64,000 bases of DNA from Mobula hypostoma (Eukaryota): positions 100,690,001 to 100,754,000 of the forward strand of contig NC_086108.1 in NCBI RefSeq assembly GCF_963921235.1. The letters are read 5' to 3'. The notes beneath the pieces were generated by a model. The model had not been told where the DNA came from and did not search any database. It saw nothing but the letters and a program-made list of their open reading frames with translations. Below are positions 41,800 through 54,964 of the stretch, one piece after another. Every line of letters begins with the position of its first letter. Within the stretch, counting starts at the first letter, position 1. Made by a program: the position numbers and the translations under genes.

Positions 41800-42790
41800 G
41801 CAGACTTCAAAGCCAAACATAGTGGTGCCGCCAACATTGCGGCCTCTCTCCCAGATGAGCTCAATCATTTTTACACTCGGTTCGATGTTGCTAACTCTGA
41901 GCCTCCAAGGAAAGCCACTGTTTCACCCTGCAACCTGGTCAAGTCTGAGGCTAAGGTATGCAGATGCTTCCAATGAACGGACAATCTCAACACTGCGGGA
42001 CCCAGGGCGAGTACTCAGGATGTGCGTAGCACAACTGGCAGGTGTGTTTACAAACATTTTTAAACTGTCCGTCTCTCAGTGTAGTGTGCCCTCCTGCTTC
42101 AAAATATCCACCATTGTCCCTGTATGTAAAAAGACCAAGGTAACATGTCTGAACGACTGGCGCCCTGTCGCACTCACCTCAATAATAAGCAAATGCTTTG
42201 AGAGGGTGGTCAAGGATTATACCTGCAGCTTGCTACCGCCCAAACTGATGTAGTCCAAGGGAAGGGCAAACGCTGATACAACTTGGCACTAGTATCATCA
42301 CAGAGGGTGCCAGAGTGAAGTTGTAAACAACATCAAACTGCCTCCAGGACCCCGGATCCGGATTTCTTCCTCAGGATTTACTCCTGAAGCCTTTCCCATG
42401 GGTGAGTATGGCCACAAGGCAGCGGAGGTTTAAAATCAGAGTTTTCCTTCTCCTTGGTGATCTGCTGGCCAAGGCTTTCGAGCCCCACCTGCCTGAACAC
42501 GGAATATACCCTGTTCTCAGTAATGGTGGTGGTGGTACAGGAGCCTGAATACACATTCAACATTTCAGGAACAGCTTCCTCCCCTCCACCAGCAGATTTC
42601 TGAATGGACAATGAACCCATGTACACTATCTCACTACTTTTTCCTTGGTGTTCTTTTTTTGCTCTTTTTGAACTACTTAATCTTTTATAATTTCTTATTG
42701 TAATTTATAGCTTATTATGTAATGCCATATGCTGCTGCAAAACACCAAATTTTACATGTGCCAATGGTATTAAACCCAATTCTGATTCTT
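41800..42790 (+). mobile_element. Rex1/Babar fragments with a further short insertion
   Basis: CVAQLAGVFTNIF...CLNDWRPVALTSIISKCFER; tail at about 42535-42790. Confidence 0.75.
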
Positions 42791-42839
42791 TAACTCAAAT
42801 TGTTAGCTCCAGGTAAAAAAAAACTACTTATGCAGCTTT

Positions 42840-43177
42840 AAGTGCTGATGAAGGGTCTCGACCTGAAATGTCAACTGTTTACTCTTTTCGATAGATGCTA
42901 CCTGGCCTGCTGAGTTCCTGCAGCATTTTGTGTGTTGTTTATGAAATTTTACCTATACCAGAATGGGGAAGAAATGTGATCTAAGTGACTTTGTGGAATC
43001 TCAAGCACGAGAAAATCTGCAGATGCTGGAAATCCAAGCAACACACACAAAATGAAGGAGGAACCCAGCAGGCCAGGCAGCATCTATGGAAAAAGTAAAC
43101 AGTTGACGTTTCAGGCCAAAGCCCCTCATCAGGATCTTGAGTCCTGAAGAAGGGTCTCGGCCCAAGACATTGATTGT
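42840..43177. mobile_element. Cluster of PLE-tail-derived copies with hammerhead motifs
   Basis: Plus: CTGATGA-AGGGTCTCGACCT-GAAATGTC at 42845. Minus: CTGATGA-GGGGCTTTGGCCT-GAAACGTC at 43101-43135. Degenerate plus copy at 43139-43175. Confidence 0.8.
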
Positions 43178-45836
43178 TGAATGTGGAATGATTTTTGCTG
43201 CCAAATGGGGTATTTTAAGTATCTCAGAAACTGCTGATCCCCTGGGATTTATTTATTAATATACACAGTCTCTATAAAGTTTACAAAAAAATGTTCCAAT
43301 AAAACAAAAAACATCCAGTGAGTGGCAGTTTTGTGGACAAAATGCCTTGTTAATGAGAAAGGTCAAGAGGACAATGGCCAGATAGGTTCAAGCTGATAGG
43401 AAGATGACAGCAAGTCAAAAAAAAAAGACATTACAACAGTGGTGTGCAGAAGAGCATCTCCTAATGCACAACATGTTGAACTTTTAAGTAGATGGGCTAC
43501 AACAGCAGAAGACCACATTAGGTTCTACTCTTGCACCTATAAAGTGGCCACTCATCGTATAATATAAATAATATTTATATACAGTGGATTCTGGTTAATT
43601 GGTCTATCAGTTAATAGGGGCAGCCACTTATTTGGGACAACACTTTAAAAAAGACAAACACTAATTGAGAAAACAGCCGGATTCCCTCATTTATTTGAGA
43701 TGCTATGCCTCTTAATTGGGACAGGAGACTTGTTGCTGAACAGTTTCTAACTAGCTTTAGTCACGTGAACTTGTGTGGTCATTAGACACTACACTGCCTT
43801 TAAAGCAAACAGATTTTAAATAGTATCATTTGTATGTGTTTCTGTTCAAAAGGCAAGTGATTTTTGTCACTGACAGTTGGCAAGAAATAAGCAGAAAGAA
43901 AATTTAGAATCCTTTTGCTCACTGCGGTGTTAAGCATTCAGTCTTGGGGATGCCAGAAAAAGCCAGGAGTGAAAATTAAACAATTTCACTACTTCAACAA
44001 TTTAGGAACTACAAAGAATTTGAAGATATGAATAATCATCTTGAATGTTACAATGAAAATGAAGATTTGGAGGTTACAATTGTCAAAAGCATTGTATGAA
44101 GACAGTCCATTATCTGCACTAAAGTTTCTGCACTGGTTTTGCTCACTTACAGTAAATCAAAAGAGCACTGTGGCATGTTGGTTGCCTGCTATATCTGATG
44201 ATTACAGTGAAACCTGGGCAGAAGAGATTTTAAAATACACCGTTGCACTGAGACAGTCCCACTCTCTTGACCTCAGAAGTCCGGGTCCAGTGGTATGAGT
44301 AGTCACCACAAACTGAAGTCTTCCTTGGTTGCAGTGGACAACCATAACTTCTGTGCTTTATCATGCCCATCACTCTCCACAAAGCATTGCAGAACCACCT
44401 TCTTGGCCATTGGATCTCATCCGTCTCAGACAGGCATGTCCCTATTTTACCAGGTTTGAGGCCTGCTGGCTACCCTCACCTGGTTTAGCCCACCTGTCGA
44501 AGCTATATACCAGCCACTGTCCCATGCAAACAGCTATTTGGAGCCACAAGAAAGCTGAGTATCTGTTGTGAACAAAAGATCAGTGAGCAAGCTGACCCAG
44601 AATGGGCAGGACAAGACCAGAGGTGCTACACCTCCCTGTCACCCATTCACAACAGCGTACACTGGATGAACTCCTCCATCAATCACTATTCAGAACTAAC
44701 ACGGTTTTATAATCCTGTATTGGCATTGGTAGTGTTCTAATTTGTTCTAGGTTTAAATACATAACTTGTTATACAATTAAAAAATAGTTTGTTCTTTTTT
44801 TTAAATATACCAGAAAGTTAAACCAGAAGGTTTTACAATTTTCAGAATGGATCAAATCTCAAATTCTGGTAAGGAAAAAGGTGGCAGTGTATGCTTTATA
44901 GTTAATTCTCGTTGGTGCACAGATGTTGGGGTTACGTCAACTTCTTGCTCCCCTGACTTAGAACAACTAATGATTAATGTAGACCACTTTACTTACCTTG
45001 AGAGTTCTCATCCGTGATCCTGACCACAGTTTGCACACCACCAGTGGCCGATTATAAGCAAGCACTTGTGAAACTGCACAATGCTGTCTGTAAACAAGAA
45101 ATGGCCCAACTCGGTGCACTTTAAATTATAGTCAGCGACTTTAACCAGGCCCCTTTGAAGAAAACCCTGCCTAATTATCACCAGCGTGCAACTTGTTGCA
45201 TCAGAGGTCCCAACACACAAGACCACCGCTACACTATGATCAAGAATGCTTATCGTTCCTTCCTGAAACCACATTTTGGCAAGTCGGATCACTTGGCTGT
45301 TCTTCTACGACCTGCATAGACAGGGTCTAAACAGCAAGGCTCCAGAGATCAAGACAGCTAAGAGGTGGCTGTGGGAGGCTGAGGAACGGTGACAGGATTT
45401 TCTTGGGTTAGTGAACTGGGCCATGTTCAAGAACTCCTCTGAGGACCTAAATGACTACACCAGGGTGATACAGACGTCATTAAAACAGCTGTGGATGAGC
45501 ATGACTCACAAGATCGTTCAGGTTTTCCCCAATCAGAAATCCGGACCCTGCTGAGAGCCAGATCAGAGGCATTCAAATCTGGAGATCAAGAATGCTATAA
45601 GAGGTGCAGATGGAAAGCCATCTCCCTGGTGAAGTGGAGATTCCAGACTAGACTAGAATCAACAAGGGATGCTCAACAGTTGTGGCAGGGTTTGAATGCC
45701 ATAATCTCCTACAAAGTTAAATCTTCTGGTGTAGGGGACAGCAGAGCTTTGCTTCCAGATGGCTTCTATGTTCATTTTGACCACCAAAACAGGGAGGAAC
45801 CATCTTGCACCCCTACGTCTACTGATGCTCCTTTTA

Positions 45837-45900
45837 TTTCAATTATCTGAAGATGACGTGCAGGCTGTTTTCAATTATCTGAAGATGACGTGCAGGCTGT
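45837..45900 (+). repeat. Tandem duplication of about 31 bp within Rex1
   Basis: TTTCAATTATCTGAAGATGACGTGCAGGCTG(T) occurs twice. Confidence 0.9.
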
Positions 45901-46421
45901 CTTCAAGAGAATGACTTCAAGGAAAGCATCCGGTCCGGGTGGAGTACCTGGTGGGGTACTGAAGACCTGTGCTGACCAACTGGCTGGTATATGCACACCC
46001 GTTCCGGCAGTGAATGGTACCCACCTGCTTCAAGCAGGCTTCAATCATACCTGTGCTCAAGAGTGTAGTAAGCTGTCAAAGTGACTATCATCCAGTGACA
46101 CTACATCCACAGTGATGAAGTGTTTACAGAGGCTGGTGTTGAAACACATCAGCTCCTGTCTGAATGGCAACTTGGATCCATTCCAATTTGACTACCTAAA
46201 CATCTGCTGTAGACCTGTTACTTTCTCGTTGGCTCTTGACCCTGGAAGATCTGGACAGCAAAGATTCTTGTATCAGGATGCTCTTTATCAAATACAGTTT
46301 GGCACCATCATCACCTCAAAACTAATCAGTAAACTTCAAGAACTGGGCCTTAATACGCCCATTTAGATCCTGGATTTTCTCACTTGTAGTTAGTTCGGAA
46401 TGGCAAAAACATCTTCACGAT

Positions 46422-46570
46422 CTCACACAAAATGCTGGAGGAATTTCAGCAGGCCAGGCAGCATCTAGGAAAAGTGTACAGTCAACTTTTTGAGGCTGGT
46501 CTGCCGAGTTCCTCCAGCATTTTGTGTATGTTGTCAGATTTCTAGCATCTGCAGACTTTCTCTTGTTTGT
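46422..46570. mobile_element. Head-to-head PLE-tail insertion inside Rex1, hammerhead core deleted
   Basis: Antisense then sense arm; flanks TCTTCACGATCTC / CCTCCACAATCTC. Confidence 0.7.
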
Positions 46571-49466
46571 TCCTCCACAATCTCTATCAACCCTCAAACA
46601 CCACAGGGATGTGCACTTAGCCATACTGTCACAGGTGTAAAGCAAGTAAAGCAGAGGGCCAAGTACAGCTCCAACACCATATACAAGTTTGCTGATGACA
46701 CCAGTGTTGTGGGCTCTATCAAAGGGGGTGATGAATCCGCATACAGGAGGGAGATTGAAAACTTGGTTGAGAGGAGTAATAACAATCTCTTAATGTCAAT
46801 AAGACCAAGGAGCTGATTGTAGACATCAGGAGAGGGAAACCAGATGTCCTTAAGCCAGTAATCATCGAAGGATCAGAGGTGGAGAGGGTCAGTAACTTTA
46901 AATTCCTGGGTTTACTATCTCAGAGGATCTGTCCTGGACCCATCAGATAAATATATTTGTGAAGAAAGCACAATAGTGCCTCTACTTCCTCAGGAGTCAG
47001 TGGAAGTTCAGTATGTCATCGAAAACCTTGTCAAATTTCTATAGAAGTGTGGTGGAATGCGAGCTGACTGGCTGCATTAGGGCCTGGTATGGGAACACCA
47101 GTATCTTTTAGCGGAAAATCCCGTAAAAGGTAGTGGATTCGGCCCAGTACATCACGGGTAAAGCCCTCTCAGCTATTGAGCACATCGACATGAAATATTG
47201 CCATAGAATAGCAGCACCCAAATATCCTCACCACTCAGGCCATGCTCTTTTCTCACTGCTGCCACCAGGTAGAAGGTACAGGTGCCTCAGGACTCTCACC
47301 ACCAGGTTCAAGAACAGTTACTACCTCTCAACCATCAGGCTCCTGAACAAAAGGGGATAGCTACACTCATTTAAGGACTCTGCAATATTGTTATTTCATG
47401 CTCGTTATTTATATCTCCATTTTGTTTACAGTAAATGTTCTATAGATTTACTAAGATCAAGTATACCTGCAGAAAAAGAAGGTGACTCTCAGGTTTGTAT
47501 GTTGTGACATGTATGTATACTGATGATACACCTCACTTTGAAATTTCCATGAAACTCCGCTATTTGGCGCAGCTGCTTAATTTGGCCAAAATGTACTGGA
47601 CTTAATGTGTCCCATTTATCCAGAATCCAGTGAGACTGTGTGTGGCTGTGTCTGTGTGGACAGAGCAGATTGAAGGGTGTACAAATGAAAAATTTAAAAG
47701 CCCAGAACAAGTTTTGTCAACTTCACTGCAAAGAACCCAAAATAAGACACTATGCATACTGGAAAACTATAAAAATAGGAAACGCTGTAAATAACTCTAC
47801 GACCAAAGAAAAGCAGTTAACACTATCAAAATAATGTAAGTTTAACAATTCAAAGGAAGTACATAAAGAAACAAAGAGGAGGGGGATTGGTAAAGATGGT
47901 ATGAGACAAGTACAGAGGAAAGAGAAATAAAAGTCAGAATAACAAAGTACATGTCTGGCCGAAGTACAAAAAAAAATGTGAAATTAAGGTGGTTGAGACA
48001 AAAACTGAATGTTGGAAATGCAAAACACAAGGCTAAAATGGATAATTCTCTGAAAATTAAATTTAACAATTTCAAATAATCAATCATTCCAGCCTTGTAT
48101 CTCAGATCCAGCGTTCAACTTTTCTACTCTCTGGGCAATTTCTTATCTCATTCTTTTCTTAATTTTTAACCCAGCTTCCACCTCCTGAAGCCTTGGTTGC
48201 AAGTCAGCAAGTTCCAGCACAGCAGGTAGATGGCTTGTTCCTGTTTCTTTTAAGAATGGGAAGAGTAACTAGTCTGCAGTAGGAGGCAGGGTGTGAAATA
48301 TGCAACTGATTAAAATTCCCTCCTTGAAGCTCAGCTACTTACAGTGATCCAACTTGTGCTGTTGTGTCATTGAGCAATTGCGCCTATTTCGCAAGCTACA
48401 ATATTTAAACCATTCTGATTTCCTAGGTCACTGGTCTTTCACATTTTAATGTTGATAGAATATCTACACCATCAATGAACAGATAATCACGCTAATTGCA
48501 AGATCTGAAAATTTTTAAAGGGAATCTATCATAACAAATTTGCTTCTAAATTTGTCAGTTTGAGACAACTAAATGTCACTGCTTCTCCACTAGGCATTCC
48601 TTTTTTCTCGGCTTGGGAGCCCAGAACACAGTAAAGATGTTTCACAGAATTTGTTTTGCCTTACACGAACATTTTTAAAACAGTGTACTTCATACAATTA
48701 CAGTACTAATAAGCCTAATTGTGAAGCGGATTTCACGTACCGTTCACAATGCTAGAGGCAATTTTATATTTTTTGGTGTACTAACACCACTATAGGAAAT
48801 GCAGCATTCAACAGACACAGCAAGCTCACATATGCATTCGCGACAAAAAAATGTTCGTTTGAGAAAAAAATACTGATTAAGATGACAAGGATAACGCTTA
48901 TTCTTCATGGTATCTGTTTTATATTGACTCAGAAGTACCTGTTTACTACTTCATCGAAAAGTTTGCATATCCAGCAATGTAATATTTCCTTAAGTAATGC
49001 GCAGGCTGTCGGTAAGTCCCTTAAATGGAACACAACGCCACTTTCTAACAAAATCAAATGGAACTTCCCCACTTTTATATATAAAACATAAAACCATGAT
49101 GTGCAATATATGCAGCAAGTTTGCTAGGTACAGAACAAGTTACATCGCATACACCAATGCTTTTCCATTCAAATGGCACATACATACACCAACCCTAAAG
49201 CAATATAAATGAGCACATTTTCAAAATATTGGTCAACTATTTAGCAGAGGCCCAGCTTCTAGTTTACCAATGGAGGGGCGCAAATCAAGGATAAGGATTG
49301 TTAAAAGTTGCTACCTCAGAACACAAAGGTGATGACAGAGAGATTAACATAGATTTTTTTCTAGATAGGAAATACAATTTTGAAAGGGGATTGCCAGTTC
49401 CAGGCTGTATTAGCACAAAACTCGGGTATACATCGATGCCTTTTAGCCCACAATGTGCTGACTTAC

Positions 49467-49590
49467 CCAGCTTTCCCCGAGACTCCTCCAGCTTCTGAAT
49501 CTGCCTCTCCAAGAAAAGCACGGCGACCACAAATGCCACAACCACAAGCAGCTGCAATTTAGGCGGCATGATAATTCTTAAAAGCCCCAT
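49467..49590 (-). CDS. HS2ST1: Heparan sulfate 2-O-sulfotransferase 1, coding exon 1 (cytoplasmic tail, TM anchor, start of stem)
   Basis: Translates MGLLRIIMPPKLQLLVVVAFVVAVLFLERQIQKLEESRGKL, nearly identical to the remembered vertebrate HS2ST1 N-terminus (MGLLRIMMPPKLQLLAVVAFAVAMLFLENQIQKLEESRSKL). The 124-nt exon ends at a consensus donor G|GTAAGT. Exon 2 was not found in 1-49466. Confidence 0.96.
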
Positions 49591-50329
49591 GAAATTATCA
49601 AGACATAACGCGAGTCTTCAAAAAAAACAATAAAATTACAAAAGGTGGAAGAGGTGGCGAGGAGTAAAATCGCACGACGGACACAGCTTGGAACTCGTGG
49701 GAAATCCCAGGCGCCGAGAAAACATGGAGAATTTCGCCAAATGCGTTGACACGCCAATGCTGAAGGCTAACAAGTGTTTTTTTTGGTCAAAGACACCGAT
49801 TTACAGCGCTCCTCGCCAGCCAGCGTCTCCTCTCGCTGCCTCACCCCGACGGCCCTCCCACTAGCACCAGGGTCAGCCTCCCTCCGCGCGCTGCGTCCAA
49901 ACACCAGACGCCGCCTCTCGCGCACCCCAGCGACGCTCTCTTCCCCCAGGTGAAAACGTGCAGAGACTGCGAGGTGCTCCCGCCCCCTTCCCCCTCCCAT
50001 TCGACGTTCACCCTTTGACTGACGCGCGCTCCCGACCCGTTGTCTGCTAGACCCCTGTTTTGATTGAACACTTCGCCTGCCAATCTTCTTCGAGACAAAA
50101 TGTTCCCGCAACGCCCTTTTCGCGACCAGCTCTGTTCCTTTGGGACAATACATTTTAGTGGTCTGCTTAATCCGCCTGTAAACCAAAAACAACCATAAAA
50201 CAACCAGGACATGACTATATTATTAATTTAATTAATTTATAAAAATATATTGACTCTGCTATTTAATCCCATGCTGTAATTTATCGTCTGGCGATAAAAG
50301 TCCCCATATAGGGGCTTTGGCTAGCTAAG
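49591..50329. promoter_or_regulatory. CpG-rich bidirectional promoter and 5'UTRs of HS2ST1 and SELENOF
   Basis: The main CpG-dense stretch outside repeats. The two ATGs are 740 bp apart and divergent. Contains GCCAAT near 50079 and an AT-rich box at about 50217-50250; a YY1-type AAGATGGCGG (50327-50336) overlaps the SELENOF start. Confidence 0.85.
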
Positions 50330-50377
50330 ATGGCGGTGGAGACGTATTTCTTGTGGTTCTTCTCCTTGCTAAATGCG
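50330..50377 (+). CDS. SELENOF: Selenoprotein F (Sep15) coding exon 1, signal peptide
   Basis: AAG-ATG-GCG start context; translates MAVETYFLWFFSLLNA, followed by donor GCG|GTAATT. Phase 0 joins in frame to exon 2. Divergent from HS2ST1, as in other vertebrates. Confidence 0.88.
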
Positions 50378-51614
50378 GTAATTATTGAATATTTGTTATT
50401 CGCATTCTGCTCAGCTTCTCAGTGATTTGTGCCATTTTAGTGAATTAATTCATTTGGATTTTTGATAGAATTTCTTAGTTCTGAATGGGGCAGGCCTCAA
50501 TAGAAGAGGTGCAGCTCCGCCAGGATATGTTTTGGTGACGTGGTCAATGACAGTGGTGGCCATTAAAATAGGAAATAGTCTAGAAAACTTCACGAAAAAT
50601 TTATTTTGTATTTCAGTTGCCTGTTTTGGTTCAACTCATCTAGAAAGTCATTTTTTCTAAATTCAACTGATCCTAAAACAGTCTCATAGTTTTAATTTAT
50701 TTGTAATGAATACAAAAGTTCGCCAATATCGAGCTTTTAAAACTTCGTGGTTACAGAGGAAAACAGGTGTTTGGTTGAACATAAAAGTAAGTGTTAGATT
50801 TCAAGAAAAATAACAGATTCGTGTGGATAACATGGTGGTTTGGGGACTTCAAATACACACATTTCATCTAATGTGGATGCATTGAGTACCAAAACAGATC
50901 GGTATATTTCAAGGAAAAACATTCATTTTACTGTGTACTGTTTAAAATAAATCTTTTCTCGAGGATGTTTCTTGCAAGAAGATCTAACTTTTTTTTAACC
51001 TCATGGGAATGTACCAGAAACATGCCTTCTATAAAAGTTTCCAATTGTTCTTGTAAATTTTAGTCTGTCATGTCTTGATACTAATTTGCCCACATCAGAT
51101 CTCTTCTGATCTTATCAAAACCAGCCGTTCTCCCTTTGACTGTTTTTATCTTGAATTGATCCACATCCCTAACCATAGCTGTTTTAACTCTTGCAATATT
51201 ATGATCACTGTTTCCTAGGTGGTGCTCGACTAGTGCTGATTTCTGCTGACCTGTCTCATTTCCCAAAATTAAATCCAGCAACGCTGTCTTCTTTGATGGA
51301 CAAGAAACATGTTGTTCAGAAAGTTGTGCTAAAAACATTTCAGAAATTCCACCTGTTCTTGTTCCGTTATGTTGTTGTTCTACCTGGACAATTAATGTCT
51401 TCTATTATCACTACTCTGTGACTTTTGCACACATCTGCAAGTAACTTGCAAATTTGCGTCTCAATATATTTTCTGTATCATCAGATGCTTTAGTGAACAG
51501 TGGTGTCATTTCTTACTTCTAAACAGGGATTCGGTTCTTAATTATTCCATGACATCCCTTCTGCAGTAACACAATATTTTCCTTAATCTACTCTAACATA
51601 CCCCTTCCTTAAGA

Positions 51615-53390
51615 ATAAGAGATTTTGCAGATGATGGAAATTTTGATCTCTCTCTGACACTGGAAGGCAGTATTTGTGAAGGGGAATAAACTGGAAGATT
51701 TGGGCTGAGACCCTTAATTGGGATTGGAAAGGAAGCAGGAAGAAGCCAGTATAAGGTGGTCAGTGGGGGAAGGAGTACATTTTGGCAAGTGATAGGTGAT
51801 GAAGAAGGTGGGGAGGGAGAATGAAGTAAGAAGAAGGGATAGTGGAAAAGATTGAAAAATAAGGATTCTAATAGTGGGCAGTGGACTATGGAAGAAAAGA
51901 AGGGAGGAGGGAACCAGAGGGAGCTAATAGGCCAATGAGGTAAAGAGAAGGGGTGAGAAGATAACCAGAAGGGGGTAATGGAAAAAGAGAGAAGGTGGAG
52001 TAATTACTGGAGGTTAGAAAAATTGATGTTACCATAGAAAAACTACAGCACAGAAACAGGCCTTTTGACCCTTCTTGGCTGTGCCGAACCATTTTCCGCC
52101 TAGTCCCACTGACCTGCACACGGACCATATCCCTCCATACACCTCCCATCCATGTATCTGTCCAGTTTATTCTCAAATGTTAAAAAAGAACCCGCATTTA
52201 CCACCTCGTCTGGCAGCTCATTCCACACTCCCACCACTCTGTGTGTGAAGAAGCCCCCCCAATGTTCCCTTTAAGCATTTCCCCCTTCACCCTTACCCAT
52301 GTCCTCTGGTTTTTTTCTCCCCTGGCCTCAGTGGAAAAAGCCTGCTTGCATTCACTCTATCTATACCCATCATAATTTTATATACCTCTGTCAAATCTCC
52401 CCTCATTCTTCTACGCTCCAGGGAATAAAGTCATAACCTATTCAACCTTTCTCTGTAACTGAGTTTCTCAAGTCCCAGCAACAACCTTGTAAACCTTCTC
52501 TGCACTCTTTCAACCTTATTAATATCCTTCCTGTAATTTGGTGACCAAAACTGAACACAATACTCCAAATTCAGCCTCACCAATGCCTTATACAACCTCA
52601 TTATAACATTGCAACTCTTATACTCAATACTTTGATTAATAATGTTCATGCCATCAATTTGGAGACTACCCAGGTGGAATATAGAGCATTGTTCTCCTCA
52701 TCTAGGTGGTAGAGAATAGGAATGGGAGGTGAAACTGAAATAGGTAGCCACTGCCTTTTATGATGAGCAGTACAAAGGTGGTTGATGAAGTGGTTGTCCA
52801 ATTGGCGTCGGTCTCACCGAATGTAGAGGAGGCCACCCCGAGAGCACCAGGTAAAATGGATGACCCTGAAAGACTTGCAGTTGGTGTTGCCTCATCTAGG
52901 ACTGCTTGTGGCCTTGAATAGGGGTGAGGGAAGCGGTGTAAGGGCAGGTGTAGCACTTGTCAAGCGTGCAGGGATAAGTGCCAGGAGGGAGATCAGTGGA
53001 GAGTTAAGTAAAGAAGGGAGCTGTGTAAGGAAAGCAGAGGTAGGGGTGTGGGAAAGATGTGCATGTGATGGGATCCCATTGGAGATGGTGGAAATTACAG
53101 AGAATGATGTGTTGGATACGGAGACTGACGGTATGAACAAGAGGGGCCCTATGCATATTATGACAGTGGAAAGATGGGTGAGAAATGGAGGAGATGCAGG
53201 TGAAGGCTGCATTGGTGGTATTTGAAGGGAAACCCCATTCTTTGAAAACAATGGCATCTCATGTTCTGGAGTGGAAAGCTTCATCCTGATGTGGTAGAGA
53301 TGGAGGAACTCTCAGAAGGGATTAGCATTTTTATAAGTGACAGGGTGGACAGAGATACAGTCAAAATAACTGTGAGAATCAGTAGGTTCC
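51615..53390 (-). mobile_element. Decayed PLE (RT end, GIY-YIG remnant, pLTR) interrupted by CR1
   Basis: Homologous to 26290-26800 and 54360-54960; (T/Y)FGET-like GIY-YIG remnant near 52810; ATGTT duplicated around the CR1. Confidence 0.75.
52031..52640 (-). mobile_element. CR1 LINE 3' end
   Basis: LYKALVRLNLEYCVQFWSPNYRKDINKVERVQRRFTR plus intact 3'UTR. Confidence 0.92.
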
Positions 53391-54167
53391 CTTCTCTGTT
53401 TTTCTTGAAAATCATGTATCCAAGCATTTGGAAGTCACTCCTGCCCTCTTATTGGCCAGGTTTCTGTTGTTGGTGCATTCTTGCTATCCAAGTCATTAAT
53501 CATGCCCGTTGCTGATCAAATGTATTAAATATACTTCTTGTATTTGCTTGCATGTACTGTGATCCGAGCTTAGGTCTTGAATTCTCTTATCTGTTTCAGT
53601 CTAAAAGATTTCCATTTCTTGTTCTGGTGATATTTATCTCTCCCAATCCTTTTTGGCCCAAAACCATTACAAACTTGTTTGAACTTCCTTTCCCCCACCC
53701 CCACAGCATGAGTAAATTTTCAAGTCAGTGGACCCAGGTGTGTTGAGATGCCATCCATCTAGTCTGAACATGTCCCACCTCCCTGAATGTTGTTTGTGCC
53801 AGTCTCCTATGTACAAGTTGGCCACCACTTTTACTACTCTGCAGAAGTGTGTCCATGTATTATAAAAAATATACTTTGGCTGGAATGTGCTCTATGGTAC
53901 ACTGAGATATTGTACAAATGCATCTTTGCAAACCTTAAAAGCATTTCACATGCAATGAAGTCAAATATTCAAAAAACAAAGATCATAAATGGCTTGACAG
54001 GTTATCTGGTCTAGGAGACAACAGAAAATTAATCAGCAAATATCTAGAAGATGTTACTACTGCAATTATAAAGTTGATAATGACTTTGACCCAATCAAAA
54101 ATTCGAAGACAGTGCAAAAATGCTACTTACTTTTAATGACATTCAAAGATATAAATGGTTTATTGAC

Positions 54168-54235
54168 ACTACTGTGCAAAAGTCTTAGACATATCTATAT
54201 ATTGAGGATGCCTAAGATTTTTTATACAGTACTGT
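54168..54235. mobile_element. ~65-bp Tc1-type micro-MITE; second copy at 55770-55832
   Basis: CA(C/G)TACTGTGCAAAAGTCT ... AGATTTTTATACAGTACTG|TA; essentially two TIRs. Confidence 0.6.
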
Positions 54236-54416
54236 AATTTTATGTATTGCACAGTTCTGCAGCAAAAAAAAATCATGACATACATAAGTAATGATAGACC
54301 CGATTCTAATATGAGTCTCCATTGTGGACTGAGAGTGGGAAGGAGTAGGAAGAGGGAAACACATAAAAGTTGCTGGTGAACGCAGCAGGCCAGGCAGCAT
54401 CTCTAGGAAGAGGTAC

Positions 54417-54452
54417 AGTCGACGTTTCAGGCCGAGACCCTTCGTCAGGACT
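54417..54452 (-). ncRNA. Minimal type I hammerhead ribozyme motif (inverted twin)
   Basis: Exact reverse complement of 55369-55404. Confidence 0.8.
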
Positions 54453-54964
54453 AACTGAAGGAAGAGTAGTAAGAGATTTGAGAGGGGGAGGGGGAGATCC
54501 GAAATGATAGGAGAAGACAGGAGGGGGAGGGATGGAGCCAAGAGCTGGACAGGTGATCGGCCAAAGGGATATGAGAGGATCATGGGACAGGAGGCCCAGG
54601 GAGAAGGAAAACCGGGGGGGGGGGGCCCGAGGATGGGCAAGGGGTATAGTCAGAGGGATAGAGGGAGAAAAAGGAGAGAGAGAGAGAAAGAATGTGTGTA
54701 CGTAAATAAATAACGGATGGGGTACGAGGGGGAGGTGGGGCATTAGCGGAAGTTAGAGAAGTCAATGTTCATGCCATCAGGTTGGAGGCTACCCAGACGG
54801 AATATAAGGTGTTGTTCCTCCAATCTGAGTGTGGCTTCATCTTTACAGTAGAGGAGGCTGTGGATAGACATGTCAGAATGGGAATGGGATGTGGAATTAA
54901 AATGTGTGGCCACTGGGAGATCCTGCTTTCTCTGGTGGACAGAGCGTAGGTGTTCAGCAAAACA

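Larger units (their letters stand above)
44815..47540 (+). mobile_element. Long decayed Rex1/Babar LINE (APE, RT, tail)
   Basis: SDH endonuclease remnant near 45285; GPGGVPGGVLKTCADQLAG, PQGCALS, KFADD, RFKNSYY; many disruptions. Confidence 0.88.
43582..47632. mobile_element. Tigger-like element expanded by nested insertions
   Basis: TA|CAGTGGATTCTGGTTAA left end and TTATCCAGAATCCAGTG right end. Pieces 43582-44175, about 44650-44810 and 47540-47632 match 14266-15081 in reverse. Confidence 0.65.

Noticed and set aside
49285..49466. C-terminal part of the 101-aa ORF 49285-49590
   Set aside because: HS2ST1 similarity stops at the GTAAGT donor; the remainder is intron read-through.
1..49466. 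HS2ST1 exon 2 (NRVPKTASTSF) and later exons
   Set aside because: Not seen in the ORF track or by reading the minus strand; presumably beyond the left edge. A manual miss cannot be fully excluded.
49767..50212. 141-aa and 123-aa ORFs in the promoter
   Set aside because: Arg/Gly-rich products expected from GC-rich DNA; no recognisable family.
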